Source: Camelus dromedarius
Taxonomy: Eukaryota
Assembly: GCF_036321535.1 (NCBI RefSeq)
Contig: NC_087436.1
Span: 14,012,001 to 14,076,000 of the forward strand
DNA: 64,000 bases
Direction of reading: 5' to 3'
Translations under genes and position numbers: made by a program
The notes under the pieces: model-generated
What the model was told of the DNA's origin: nothing
The model's database searches: none
Seen by the model: only the letters and a program-made list of their open reading frames with translations
Shown: positions 11,020-24,584 of the stretch, piece by piece
Position numbering within the stretch: the stretch's first letter is position 1
Layout: each line of letters begins with the position of its first letter

Positions 11020-11929
11020 TTTAAACCCAGTACAGACTGGGAGGCTACAGAGAAATTTCACTAAGTTGGTGCTTTTGTCCATGTTATGCCAGAGGATTAA
11101 AGGGAGCCCTCGTCAATATTAACATCTTTACGGATGCAGTGGTTTAGGACTGTCATTTTCTAGTAAGATGCCCTATCAATACACATACATTTGCATATAC
11201 TTTAAAATTTTGAATTACATCAGAAAAATGGCAAGTAAAAAATGCTGCCTCAAATAGTCAAGTGAAATTAAATCCAAATTCATACACCAAAGTAGACCAT
11301 AATAGCACATCCTGCTACACAGTTCCTCTTAACTAGTCCAATAACTAAAACTGTTGCCTTCCAGATAACAAGTGTAGGAAAAAATTTTAAAAGCAAACTA
11401 GAGACATTAAATCTATACCAAAGCATGGGGATGTGAGTCTACATTTCTGAGACACGCCGGTTACAACGACACACTTCTTCCAAGAATCCGCCTGAAATAT
11501 TGGCCCCAACGGTGTCATGAACAGCAGACTCTCCACTCTTCAGTATGGATTGATTTCTGAAGAGAACCAGGTGCCTCCCCGACAGAATTTATATCAAATG
11601 AAAATCCTTGGAAGAAGTTTGAGTAAGCGCTAGAATAGAATTGGAACACATTTTGGGAATGTATTTTAAAGATCTCTTAACAACGTGATTAAATCAACCA
11701 CTGTATATTAATGTGCTTTCTAATTTAAGAAAGATTGTTTTTATCCTTAGACCTACTAAATTGGTTTCATTTGAGAAAAATGGGAAATTAACATTTGAGT
11801 TATTTCCAGGAAAGTCTCCATAGTTTTGATCTCATCCATCATGACTACCCATTATGTGCATATTAAGTTCATTTTCTTCTAACTCCCTGCTCTTCACTGC
11901 CTGCCTTTGGTCACGTTATAGCTATATAC

Positions 11930-12590
11930 ATTTTTTTTTTCTAGTTTCAAAAGCAATACATACTCTTTACAAAAATTCAATTATCATCTATTATCCCACC
12001 ACACAGAAATGATTACAATTTAGCATCATGTCAGATGGTTTTCTAGGCCAACATATTCGTAAAACAATGCTTACCAAAACAAAATAATTAACAGTAGTTT
12101 ATCATTTCTTTTACCTTCCTCCCAATAACATATCATGGACAACTTCTCTTATGGAAATGTTTGGTTCTATGAGCCCATTTCTTGATGTGTGGTTGCACAG
12201 AATACTGTTTTATGGCTATAGTATAATTTACTTCACCAGTCTCCAATGTGGGTAAAACAATATTATAAACAAATGCAAAAAAAAAAATCCTTGTACATAC
12301 ACCTCTGCATATTTTTTCTATTTAAAATGGTTTCTTTAAGGAGTAGGGAAATAGCTCAGTGGTAGAGTGCATGCTTAGCACGCATGAGGTCCTGGGTTCA
12401 ATCCTTAATACCTCTATCAAAAACAAACTAACAAAAACTCTTTAAAAAATGTTTTCTTTATATATAAAATAAGTAGCTGGTTATATTTTCCCTGTTTTTT
12501 TAATCATCATGGATAAATCAAGAATTAAGTAAATGAAAGCAAATTGGCAAATGAACCTTAAAAGGTACATATTTTCATATTTTATGTTAT
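11930..12590 (-). mobile_element. Ancient L1ME fragment containing a SINE
   Basis: AT-rich, degenerate L1ME-like text ('caataacatatcatggaca..tataatttacttcaccagtctcc..atccttgtacatacacctctg'). Confidence 0.55.
12340..12445 (+). mobile_element. tRNA-Ala-derived SINE (vic-1-like)
   Basis: tagctcagtggtagagtgcatgcttagcacgcatgaggtcctgggttcaatcc; TSD aaaatg(g/t)tttcttta at 12324-12338 and 12446-12460. Confidence 0.93.
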
Positions 12591-12617
12591 TCAAACACTT
12601 ACATATGTTGTCATTTG

Positions 12618-13324
12618 TGTTGGGGGACACTTGTCAGGGATGGTGACGTGGGTTGGTAAGAATTTACCGAAAGCAAGGGAAAGTTTAAGAACAAAGGAAA
12701 GTTTAATAGGCATGCTGCTACAGGCAACAGTGGGCCACATAAGTGCCTGCGTGTCCTCCGGTGCAAAGAACAAAGGAAAAGTTTAATAGTTATGCTGATC
12801 TAGCAGGCCACCCAGGGAAGAGGTGCCTGTGCAGCCACCCAATGTGAATGTGCAGGGTCTTTTACTGGGGAAGGGGCCGTGAACACAAAGGGATGGGGCA
12901 ACAGAGTTTTGATTGGCTGTGAGTAAGGTAGGGGGCTTTGGCATATAGGAGGATAGTGGATTTACGGCTCTAATAAGATGGAGACATGAGCTGACACAAA
13001 CAAGGTAGTGGAATTTACGACTCCGATAAGGAGGAGACCTGGGCTGAGACAAGTCAGCCTGAGCTACAGTGAGGTTAGTCATTTCCCAGGGCCGTTAACT
13101 GTGCTAAGACAAACGCCCATCAGGAACAGGCAGAAGCCTAAGGGCTGGAAGGTTGGGGGCCTCGGCACGTACCAGGTGGCCCTGCAGTTTGCTATGGATT
13201 TGAACCGGAAAATCTGCAGAAGAGAAATTCCAGGTCAAGGGACTTAGGACCACTTTCAACAAACCCCTCAAGCCTAGGGCCTGCTGGAGGACAGAACCCC
13301 CAGGCCTGGCTCCTTCTCCCTGAC
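12618..13324 (-). mobile_element. ERV solo LTR, family unresolved
   Basis: Starts 'tgttggggg'; duplicated 'aagaacaaaggaaagtttaatag' gives two antisense ATTAAA signals; antisense CCAAT (gattggct ~12911); right end approximate. Confidence 0.65.
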
Positions 13325-14329
13325 TTGTGTTTTGAGGGTTTGACCAAAGTCTGTCTGCACCTCTCTTCTACTGTGCTTTCCTCCGGGTTCTTACACACCT
13401 TCCATTCTCACTGTGGGAGGTGTCAGGCTCTGTGCATCCCACAGTCATACTTCCCCCAAAGCAAAGGGAGTTCAGGAGCTGAGAAATATCCCATGCTGAT
13501 TCGAAGTCCGGGTGTGTGGTGGTGAACTGGAAACAAATAACTTGTTAGAAAGTCCAAACATGAAAACCCTAATAAGATTTCAAAATAAACACTGTTTCCT
13601 TGCCATTTTGTTGGACTGCTTTCCATCCTTTTGTAACACAAAATTGTCATTCAGGACTTCTTTCCATGTTGCAATCTGCCATTGCGTCATCCTCGTGTCA
13701 TGGTGTATTTCTCAACGGCCTATTTGTTTTGAGACTTTTTCCTTTTCTTTTTGCCAAATTCTGTGAACAATGAATTACTTCAGTAGAAAACCCTGTATCA
13801 TCTTTGCAGAAAGGCCACGTGGGCCATTGTGTTCTTTTGTGCTTTCATTGGCTTGGTTGTGCGTTATAAGAGAAACCGTTTTTAAAAATACAATATTAAT
13901 AGCCCAGTTTAATGAGAAATAAAATCTAAATGTGCTCCTTTCCTCCCAGGGGATTGTACTGTTTACCTTTAGCAGGGAATCACGAACTACAGGGCTTAGG
14001 GAACTCGACTGAGATCACGCAGCTAGTAACTGGTGGAAGCAAGATTCAACCCAGACATTCTGGCGGCAGAGTCCAAATTCTTGATATTACTAAATGTCTG
14101 ATGCCACTGCACACACCCAGCTTTGTGGTCATGTAAAAAGCTAAGTAATTATTCAAGAAGATAATTTAATCTGAGGTCACCAGACAGATTCCTGGAAGGT
14201 CAAAGCACATCAAACTGAACGCTGGAGGTTAAAGTGAAGTCTGTGCCCTGAATGGTCGGCATTCCAGATCTGTTCCCTTTCATGCTCCCAGAAGGGTGGA
14301 AATCAGTTATATCTACCCAAAGCAGACGT

Positions 14330-15900
14330 ATTCTTAGGACTTCTTAGTCTTAAAAGAAACTAAATGTCCCCATTAAAGAAAAATCCTTCCAACACAGCCT
14401 TGTGGGGGCTCCCAAAGCTGGGAGCTAGGCCCATGGCCAGATCATTCTTCAAAGGAGGTCTACCAGTTGCCAAAGCCAGCAATTCAATTACACAAAGACA
14501 GCAACTGAGTGTTTTGCAGCCTCACTCTTAACTATGTGTGGACAGAGATCAGAGAATAGCCTGAAACAAACACATCAAGAAAAGAAACTCAGAGGCCACA
14601 GAAACAATACAGGAAGTAGAAGAATGGTTTTAAAAAATCCGCTGTGCATCTTCAGAGCCAAAAAGAACCTATTATGTCTATGAAATGACAAGATATTTTT
14701 TTAAAAACTAGAAAAACAGAGTGACACCTTAGAAATTAAACATTTGAAAAGCAAAGTTCTCAATAGCATAAAAGGTAAGAAAATTAGAAGATCAATTCAA
14801 GTGGTATATTGTTCAGCTAACCAGAGTTCCAGGAGAGAAAACAGGAGGAAATAAAAGGGGAAACATTAGTAAAGTGAAAATAGAGTGCATTTTTTTTTCA
14901 GAAGTAAAAGGCATGAATTTCCATATTTAAAAAGGGCCAACTAAGCAAAATAATTAATGAAAAGACACTCAGATCGTGGCAAATCACTGTGAAATATCAG
15001 AATACATAGGGAGAAAAAACACTGATGGAGACAGAGAAAGGGAATGGCAGAGATGAGAAGGCAGTGGAGGAGGCTTCAAAATTCTAGGAAAAATTATTTT
15101 CAGCTGGGGATTCTATATGCAGCCAAACTATAGAGTGTGTGGGTGGAATAAAGACATTTTCAGATATACAGGGACTCAAAAATCACCTTGCACGTACCCT
15201 ATCTTAAAAAAACTACTGGAGGATGTATTTCAGAAAAACAGAATCAAATGAAGAAAGGAAAAGACGCTGGGGTCCAGGAAAAGAGAATTCAACACAGGAC
15301 AATGATAAAAGTAAGTCCCCAAACAATAGCACACTGGGAGAGGAGGAAAAACAAAGCAAAACAAAATTAAAAGCAAAACAAAATTAAAAGCAAAAAGCCG
15401 TCCAAACTGGAGTAGAACAGAGGCCATGTGACACATCTGTTTGGACAGTTGAAAAAAATGTTAACAATAGGCCCATAGAAAATCTAATGAAAAAATGAAG
15501 TGTTTATTAGCTCTGGGTAAAACATAATGCAGTATATAAACTATGGGGCTCAGCAGTGACAGCATTTATATAGTCTTACTAATGTAAACTATGATTTAAT
15601 CAAGACATGTACTCTGACTAAGTCGCAGGGAAGGAAAGGGAGAACACAGAGTGTAGGAGGGAAAGCGAAATTCTCATCTCCTGTGACTAGGAGTCAATAG
15701 ATACAATATAAAATAGATCAGTAAACAGTAATGTATGTATGTGCAGGGAATCCCAGGAAAAATACATGAGGCTGGGGACATCGATTGCGTCCAGGGAAGG
15801 AATTAGGGAGGCTGGGGACCAAGGTGAGAAGGAGACTTTTCATTGTTTTTACCCTTTTTTCTTTTGAATTTTGAATTCTGTTAATGTATCACTTATTTGA
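14330..15900 (+). mobile_element. Ancient L1M/HAL1-like ORF1-type region and L1ME end
   Basis: A-rich, degenerate ORF1-like text ('gcttcaaaattctaggaaaaattattttcagctggggattctatatgcagccaaacta..gaataaagacattttcagatatacagggactc'). Confidence 0.65.
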
Positions 15901-15935
15901 ATAAAGAAAAGAAATAATTAAAAAGAAACAACAGA

Positions 15936-16060
15936 GGGGTAAGAGTACAGCTCAGTGATAGAGTGCATGCCTAGCGGGCATGAGGTCCTGGGTTCAATCC
16001 CCAGCACCTCCATTAAAAATAAAGAAATAAACAAACCTAAGAGCCCCCGCCCCCGGCAAA
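15936..16060 (+). mobile_element. tRNA-Ala-derived SINE (vic-1-like)
   Basis: tRNA-like head and tail; degenerate TSD aaaaagaaacaacag / aaaaagaaatatcag. Confidence 0.9.
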
Positions 16061-16106
16061 AAAAGAAATATCAGCAAGAAGATAATTTTTAGAAACATGA
16101 AACAAA

Positions 16107-17105
16107 GAATGGAAACCATAAGCAAAGTAAAATAACAACCTTCGGAATGGGAGAAAATATTTGCAAATGATGTGACTGACAAAGGTTTCATTTCCAGAAT
16201 ATATAAACAGCTCATACAACTTAATAAGAAAAAATACACAACCCAATCCAAAAATGGGCAGAAGACCTAAACAAGCAATTCTCCAGGGAAGACACACAAA
16301 TGGCCAATAGGCACATGAAAAAAATGCTCAGTATTGCTAATTATCAGAGAAATGCAAATCAAAACTACAGTGAGGTACCACCTCACACAACTCAGAATGA
16401 TCATCATTAAAAAGTCCACAAATGATAAATGCTGGAGAGAGTGTGGAGAAAAGGGAGCCCTCCTACACTGCTGGTGGGAATGTAGTTTGGTGCAGCCATT
16501 ATGGAAAACAGTATGGCGATTCCTCAGAAAGCTGAAAATAGACTTACCATATGATCCAGCGATCCCAGTGTTAGGCATACATCTGGAGAGAACTCTGATT
16601 CGAAAAGATACATGGACCCCAGTGTTCACAGCAGCACTATATACAATAGCAACCTAAATGTCCATTGACAGATGACTGAATAAAGAAGATATGATATTTT
16701 TATACAATGGAATACTACTCAGCCATTAAAAAGAATAAAATAATGCCATTTGAGGCAACATGGATGATCCTGGAGATTGTCATTCTAAGTGAAATAAGCC
16801 AGAAAGAGAAAGAAAAATACCATATGATATCACTTGTATGTGGTATCTGAAAAAAAAAAAAGAAAAAAGAGGGCACTAATGACCTCATCTACAAAACAGA
16901 AACAGACCTGCAGACATAGTAAACAATCTTATGGTTAACAGGGGAAAGGGAGTGGGAAGGGATAAGTTTGGGAGTATGAGAATTGTAAATGTTTATCACT
17001 ATATATAAAAATAGATGAAAAATAAATTTCTGTATAGCACAGGGAACTATATTCAATCTTATAATAACCTTTAATGAAAAAGAACATGAAAATGAATATA
17101 TGCTA
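16107..17105 (+). mobile_element. 5'-truncated L1 (ORF2 C-terminus and 3' UTR)
   Basis: ORF 16334-16657 ([39 protein letters not shown]) is L1 ORF2. Confidence 0.96.
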
Positions 17106-17647
17106 CATTTTTAATATGAAAATCTAGAAACCTGATCCCAGAGTACATGACATGAGTTGTGATTTTAGAGAATCAGTAATCTGCAAATTTCAGAAATTTA
17201 CAGTAATCACCTAACTGCATTAAATCAACTAAACAAAGTATTCTTAAATATGGCTATGTATACTTGAGTACATAAAGTTTAGTTTTTCCATTAAGTCTTG
17301 CAAAAGCTGGGTTCTTACATGTGTTTAGGATTCTGACATTCTGACTTCAAAAACAATCTTACCCCTCAGTTCTGGAGAGCATGGTGCATGCGTCAACCGT
17401 TTTAATTCACTTGATCCAGTGGTAACTAATCACTTGGGCATGAGCGGCCAAAGGAAGATTCCCCTAGAGTGGCATCATGGTTTCAAACTCTGTGGTCTGT
17501 TGGAGCTCCCTCATGGGAAAAAGAGTCCTTCTTATTAGCAAGATGTCATTTTAACTGAAACATACAATGACAGAGACTAATGGCCGACATCCCACTTGCT
17601 CTGCCACACTCCAGAAACTGCTGTATCTCATTTACTCCTTCACTCAC

Positions 17648-18073
17648 TGTGATGATTAATTTTATGTGTGAACTCAACTGGGCTACAGGGGCCCAGACAT
17701 CTGGTCAAACATTATTCTGAGTGTTTCTGCAATGGGTGTTTTTGGATGAGATTAACATTTTAACTGCCCTCCATGATATGGGTGGGCCTCATCCAATCAG
17801 CTGAAGGACTGAATAGAACAAAACGATGGACCCTCTCCTGAGTAAAAGAGATTTCACCAGCAGACTGCCTTTCGACTTCATCTGCAATAACTCTTCCTGC
17901 CTGATGGCTTTTGAACTGGAACACTGGTTCTCCTTGGGTTTCCTGCTTGTTGTCCCACACTATAGACTGGATTTACCAACCTCCTTAATCACATGAGCCA
18001 ATTCCAACAAACAAGTAAACAAACAAATAAATACCCTATTAGTTGTGTTCTCTGGAGAACCCCGATGGATACA
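17648..18073 (+). mobile_element. ERVL LTR (MLT2-like)
   Basis: Starts tgtgatgattaattttatgtgt, ends tctctggagaaccccgatggataca; 5-bp TSD ctcac/ctcat. Confidence 0.9.
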
Positions 18074-19799
18074 CTCATTCAAGCAAGTATTTATTTAACA
18101 TATAGTGTGTGCCAAGCAATAATCTAAGTGGCAGGATAAAGAGTTAAAACTACAGTAAGAGTAAGCTGGCAAAGTTGGCTGCCAAGAGAACGTGCACTTG
18201 AATTTCATTTAGGAGCTTGAGGCATCATCAGGCTTTTCCATCAGGCTGACCAAGTTTACTTGAGCACTTGGTTTTTCCAGTCTTGCCTTATCTCTTTTTT
18301 CCAGTAGATGGAAGGTTCCAGTGAAATGCTGCAACTCCCCACACCCTAACAAGTCAGCTGCAGAGGACACAGTGCATTTATCTGCTGGTAGTCCAGGCAG
18401 CTACCTTTACTTACACTTCTGAGTGGTTCTTAAGCATAGTTTGCCACCTTGGAATACTGCCCAGTATGCAGTCATCCAGGAAGCTTGTTGGACCTGCCTT
18501 GAAGTGGTTGGCTTATGAGAACTAGATGATACAAAGAAAACTAGCAAGTGTGCTGGTCTTCTTTGTGAGAGGTCTTTGAGAGGGAAGCATTCACTAATTA
18601 GAGAGCTCTAATGAAACCCAACCTGGAGAACAGAATATTCCAACGGATTCTGCTGAGCATCATAGTGTATGTAGTGTCCTGGAAAGTCAGACAGGCAGGT
18701 CTGAGTCAAACTCTTGTGTCTGCTCCTTAGTAGCTGATGACCTTGGAGAACGTATCCAACTTCTCCGGCCTTCTAAAACGAGGATAATAATACTGTGATG
18801 CAATGCAGTCGCGCATGCGCAGGGACAAGGACGGGGCTGCTCTGTTGCACATGTGCTAATAATCCAAGGAGGCTATTTCTTAACATGGAGCATTGATGTC
18901 TCTTTGATCCATCCCTCTGCTTGTGAAAGCAGTAGGGGTTGGTTATAAACATTAGATTGCACAGTGCTTCTGTACAGAGGAAGGATCGTAGTCCTCATTT
19001 CAAAATTTTGTATTAAGCTTTTAGAACAGAGGTCCTATTTTAGTTCAAAGTACAACAAAATCTTTGTTACTACAGAATGGACGGTGAATGGATGTCCAAA
19101 GAATCTGGCCAGGGAAGAGTTAATTCACACTGGCAAGATGACCGTGCCTGGTCTCCCTCTCCCTCCTGGGGAAACACAGAAATGAATGAAAGAACAGGAA
19201 ATGGAAGGCTTTATTGTTTGTGAGGCAGAGAGCTAGCCCCCAGCCCTCCCCTCCCACCTTTAAAAATAAAGCCTGGAAAATAATCATCTTCTAAAAATCC
19301 TAATGCTACCTCGGAAGACTGATTTGTTTTCCTCTGGGGAAGCTAATGAGATCAGTGGTTTTTGCTGGATTAGCTCAGAAATGCTTATTCATAGTAACTT
19401 GGTGAAGGGAAAGTGTCAGATAACACAGTTTATTTTGCATCAAGATTATGTGTAACAAAGACGAACTCAAAAGAATTAAGGACAGGAGGGAGGAGAGGAG
19501 TAGGGAAAAAATTTCAAAGAAACATTTGCTCAGAGGGGTTATAAAACCTCTTTCAAAACCAGTGTGAAGACTGCAACTGACTTATATTCTAAAAATTGCA
19601 CCAAACAATTGTGGAAAGTTGTAAAATAGAGATATTACTCTATTGAAACATATTCCTTATTGCCCAACGAAAAGCATAGTAAAATTGTAACTTACTTAAA
19701 AGAGCTAAAAATAAAGGCTTGTCGGGAAGTGTCCAAGAAGAATAAAATACTAGTGGAAATTAGGGAATCCTATATATTTAATTAAAATTTTTCAAAAAA

Positions 19800-19951
19800 T
19801 TTTATTTATTATTATATTATTTTTAATTTTTTTTATGTTGTGGGGAGGAAGCAATTAGGTTTATTTATTTTTAGGGGAGGCACTGGGGATTGAACCCAGG
19901 ACCTTGTGCATGCTAAGCATGCGCTCTACCACTTGAGCTATACTCTCCCCA
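19800..19951 (-). mobile_element. tRNA-Ala-derived SINE (vic-1-like)
   Basis: ggggattgaacccaggaccttgtgcatgctaagcatgcgctctaccacttgagctatactctcccc. Confidence 0.93.
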
Positions 19952-20655
19952 CTAGTAAAAATGTTTAAGTATTGAATTTTCATGAGGCTCATTTATTATA
20001 GAAGTAACTGGCAGTCACAGCTTTTCACATCATTAAATTCCAAGCTACTATTACTTCTCCAGAAAGTCTGGAGGCCAATACGATGGTGACCATAGATCAC
20101 ACAGTTTACTGACAAGCCATCTTGGGAGGAGACTTCTCATATATTTAGAGGAGTACATTTAAACTCTGATTAACTTGTTCAAGTATTAGGGTTTGAATTA
20201 CAAACACAAAAAAGAGGGGAAAAAAAATCCAAGTAGAGATTCAAATGGTCCTACAGGAATTTGTAAAAATTCAGTGGGCCTTCTATGTATGTGGTACAAG
20301 AAAGCTTTCTTTTCCTAAAGATTCTACAGTGGCTCCATATTGTCTTGGGAACAAGTTCAAAGTCTTCATTCTGATATGGAAATTGGATTGAGTCACATAT
20401 TACATCTTTCTTGCAAATACATAGCATGAGTTAACCATCTGGGTGCACGAACCATCTGGACCCTTTACATCAATTCTCTTTATTCCTTACAATAGTGCAA
20501 TGATTGTCCCCACTCACAGATGAAGAAACTGAGACTCTGGGTGTTGTGCAAATTCTCAAGTTTGCACACCTTTGGGATACAAACCCCAATCACCTACCTC
20601 CAGAGAAAAAGCCTCTTTCTTCCTCTCCATTAATCATCAAAAGTGAGTTGTCAGT

Positions 20656-20790
20656 GGGGAGGGTATAGCTCAGTGGTAGAGCACATGCTTAGCGTGCATG
20701 AGGTCCTGGGTTCAATCCCCAGTACCTCCATTAAATAAAAAAAATAAAAATAAATAAGTAAACCTAATTCCGACCCCCCCAACCCCCGCC
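20656..20790 (+). mobile_element. tRNA-Ala-derived SINE (vic-1-like)
   Basis: Near-intact tRNA-Ala-like head; TSD aaaagtgagttg at 20639-20650 and 20791-20802. Confidence 0.95.
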
Positions 20791-20999
20791 AAAAGTGAGT
20801 TGCCAAATCCATGCCTTTTGAGCCACTGCTTAAGCTGTTTGCCTTTAGGTGAAAAATACCTCCACCTTCTCTGCTTACCTTTCTAGACCATTGCTAAAGG
20901 CACTGGAGCCATCACAGGGCACCGGATTATACCCACAGGCATCAACGTCCCCCCTCCAGCCCTGGCATGGAACAGACTGTATCACTTCTCACATTTGAT

Positions 21000-21758
21000 T
21001 AGTCAGTCTGGCACTCCACCTAACACTTTCTTTGTGATATTTTTTATCTGATTTTGTGCTTGTAAACCTTTCTTTTAAACATGATAGTAGGAACTAGTTT
21101 TTAAAATTGCCATGTGCTTTGTTATTTTTTCACATTTAGTGGAGTAATTATTTCATAGATTTAATTTAAAATTTTCTGCGTTTTGGTTGCCCAATATATA
21201 TAAAACTATACATTAGAAAGATAATTTACTTTTTGGCTTACCACTATATAATGATGAGAATAATCTACTTTTTTGGTGATAATCAGCACTTATTAAGTAT
21301 GTTTATTTTAAAGTCATTTTTATTTCTAGCAAGTGAAGGGCAGCTATAAAATAAACAACATTCTGAGGACCACCCGACAAAAGACTCCCAAACTTTGCTT
21401 CCTGAAAAAGGAATGGGCCTCTTGCAGGACGAGGCAGAAACCAGTGTGCAGAAATCTGGACCAGAGCAGCTTGGACTGTGTCTGTGAGCTGGTGGCTGTC
21501 CACAGCTGTCTGCTACTGGTTCATGACAAGTAAGTGCAGCAATTGCAAGCAATCATTTAAAAACACTTAAGCAGTTTGACATAGTAATTTTATTTCTGTT
21601 GACTCAAAATAAAAAATTGGAGTTTGAATTTTATATGTTTGGGGTTTTTTAAATTTTATTTTTCAGTTATTCCACGTTATTATATTTTACAAAATTATCC
21701 ACAGTGGATTGGAAAAAAATTTTTTAAGGTCCTTACCGCAGATAACTGAGAAGCACTG
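21000..21758 (-). mobile_element. hAT-Charlie-type DNA transposon remnant
   Basis: Ends 'gagaagcactg' (Charlie-like TIR); frameshifted antisense peptide QLTDTVQAAL..PDFCTLVS resembles a hAT transposase C-terminus. Confidence 0.5.
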
Positions 21759-21799
21759 ATCTACAGGAAGGTCGATGTCAGCCTAATGTAAACAATGAC

Positions 21800-22010
21800 A
21801 TCATCATAATTTTTATGATATATCAGGTCCTGTTATAAAGTCTTGCAACCTAAATGTATTTACTTCTCACAACAACCCTTTAAGGGGGAACGCCTCTGAT
21901 TTCTCAGATAAGGAAACCGAGGCAGAGAGAAGATAAATCACTTTCCCAGTGTCGCACAACTGGCATGTGACAAGTGAGATAAGAACTCAGGAAGTTTGGC
22001 TGTTGGGTCC
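21800..22010 (-). mobile_element. MIR SINE
   Basis: 'ctcacaacaaccctt..cagataaggaaaccgaggcagagagaagataaatcactttcccagtgtcgcacaact'. Confidence 0.75.
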
Positions 22011-23953
22011 TAGATGCTAGTAACCTCTGTCATGAGACTCTATAATAAAATACGAAGAGCCTGATTCACATGTAAGTGGCAGAATATAAAGAAAATCGAG
22101 GAATGGTTTAACACCAAAATTCCAGAAGGAAGACATCTGTGGGAGGAAGGAATGCAGGGAATTCACTGGAGAGGGGCACCTGCCAAGCTTCAAGGGTCTG
22201 ATCATGTTTTATGCCTTAACCTGGTGAGGAATATACAAGCATGTTTCATTCTACTATTATTTTTCTACTATTATATTTCAGCTGTATACAACACATTTTA
22301 TACACTTTTATGCGTATATACATTTAACAGTTAAAAATATATTTTTTAATTACACATTTTAATTAGGTAAAATTATATCAATTTTACCTAATATGCACTA
22401 TATTGCGTGTAAATACATATATACAATATACTGCACATATATGTACTGTTCATTGTTTCTAAGATCAGTTTAGAGCTTTAGCTTTTTAAACTTGCATAGT
22501 TATCAAAGAAATAAAGCCAACCACAAAATAAGAATCAACAGAATGCAGTAATCCAATCATAAAGGAGAGTCAAATGTGCTTACACATATTTAAGAAATCA
22601 ATCATCTAAGTTATAAATAAAAGTAGTTCATTTGTGTCCTTTTCTTTAGATTCCACCCATAAGTGATATCATATGGCATTTTTCTTCCTTTCTGGCTTAG
22701 AGAATAATTTACTTTAAAATAAAATAAAATTTCCAATGGAATTGCTGTTTTTCTTTAAATTCAATTAAAGCTTATGGCACTGCATAATTGAACTGTACTA
22801 ATATTCTTATGACTCTCATATAAGAATCTTTGTGCAAGACAGAGATGAATTGAACAGTCATACCTATATATCTGCATTTCAGCCAAAAGTATGAAATTTC
22901 CCCTTAATCAATTTTCCCACCTCCATCATGAAGAAGTTCAAAAAAAGTGGACTGACTGAAGGAGTTTTACCTTCTCTCTGTCCCTGGATGCACTTAAATA
23001 GATCTTCTGTTAAGAGTGAATTTACTAAAAAGAGCCAACAGGAAGGTTCTAGAATGGAGAGGAAACCGGATCATCTACTTCAAGGAAAAATACAAGCTGC
23101 TTGTGTAACCCTGGTCGACAGCACATGGGCCAGGATGCTCCACAGGCAACCTGTCATTATCAAGCCAGAAAGGGGCGGAACTTGCTGTTTCAGGCGCTGG
23201 AGGGGAGGCGATGATTGGTATACTTAACAATCAGCCTGGGCAATGGCTGGAAGGACAGACATAAAGGAAGGCTGATTCCAAAGTATGTGCACTTTGCAAG
23301 TTGGTCCCAGGACTAAAAGGAGCAGGGGTGGGAGCAGTCTTGTATACAGCCCATTCCTGGGCCACAGTCCTGAGGCTGCACGGTGGTTTGAAGTCAGACC
23401 CTCAGTGGCACCCCACAGCGCCCCCACCTTACATCCTGATCCTTCGAAGCTAGTGGCAGAGGCTGGTGGGGTGGAATGTGTTCATCTAGGATTCCAGTGG
23501 GAGAATCAATCATTTGTTTCACGCAGTTGTTAGGAGAGAGGAAGATTATACCAGGGCAGAGCATCTTCACGCCAGCCTGAGGACTCGGCAGCTCAATTGG
23601 GGCTGATGTGGCTTTTGCTCCTTCAAGAAACATATTTCTGGGTTTTGGCAACCAGAATTCCACCAAACTCCTGGATCCTATTTTGTTCCCATTGCTCCAA
23701 GCGGTTTTCCGCATTCTAACTTCAAAACTCTCCTTCCCTTCTTGATAGTGAAATCTTTGATCACAGGTGCTGCTTTTTTGACTGGAGAATGGAGGGGCTA
23801 GCAAAAGGACTAAAGACAGCATGGCCATGGCTTTGGGAGGCCTTTCATAGCCAATAGAGGGGAGCCTGATACCTGTTCAACCACTCTGGTTTTGCCTGCC
23901 GACCCAGGGCCTATGGGAAGCAAAAATAGCAGCTGCTAAAAATTGCTGATTTC

Positions 23954-24584
23954 CCCACTTATGGGCATATATCCAGAGGAAACTCTAATTCGAAAAGATA
24001 CATGCACCTCAATGTTCATAGCAGCACTATTTACAATAACCAAGACATGGAAGCAACATAAACGTTCATTGACAGATGACTAGATAAAGACGTTGTGGTA
24101 TATTTATATAATGGAATATTACTCAGCCATAAAGAAGAATAAAATAATGCCATTTGAGGCAACATGGATCGTCCTGGAGACTGTCATTCTAAGTGAAATA
24201 AGCCAGAAAGAGAAAGAAGAATACCATATGATATCACTCATATGTGGAATCTAACAAGAAAAAAGAGAACACTGATGAAACTCATCTACAAAAGAAACAG
24301 ATTCACAGACATAATAAATAATTTTATGGTTACCAGGGAAAGGGGGTGGGAAGGAATAAAGCTGGTAGTTTGAGATTTGCAAATGTCAACCACTATATAT
24401 AAAAATAGATTAAAAACAAATTTCTTCTGTATAGCACAGGAAACTATATTCAATATCTTATTATAATCTTTTACGAAAACAAATATATGTATATATATAT
24501 ATATATATGCATGACTGGGACATTATGCTGTACAAGAGAAATTGACACATTATAACAGACTATACTTCAATAAAAAAAAAAAAG
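23954..24584 (+). mobile_element. 5'-truncated L1 3' end
   Basis: L1 3' UTR ending gactatacttcaataaaaaaa; TSD tgctgatttc on both sides. Confidence 0.95.

Noticed and set aside
20656..20730. tRNA-Ala(AGC)-like genes (this copy and 13 similar ones)
   Set aside because: They have A-rich tails, most have recognisable TSDs and a shared non-tRNA 3' segment, and stems are mismatched. They are SINEs, not tRNA genes.
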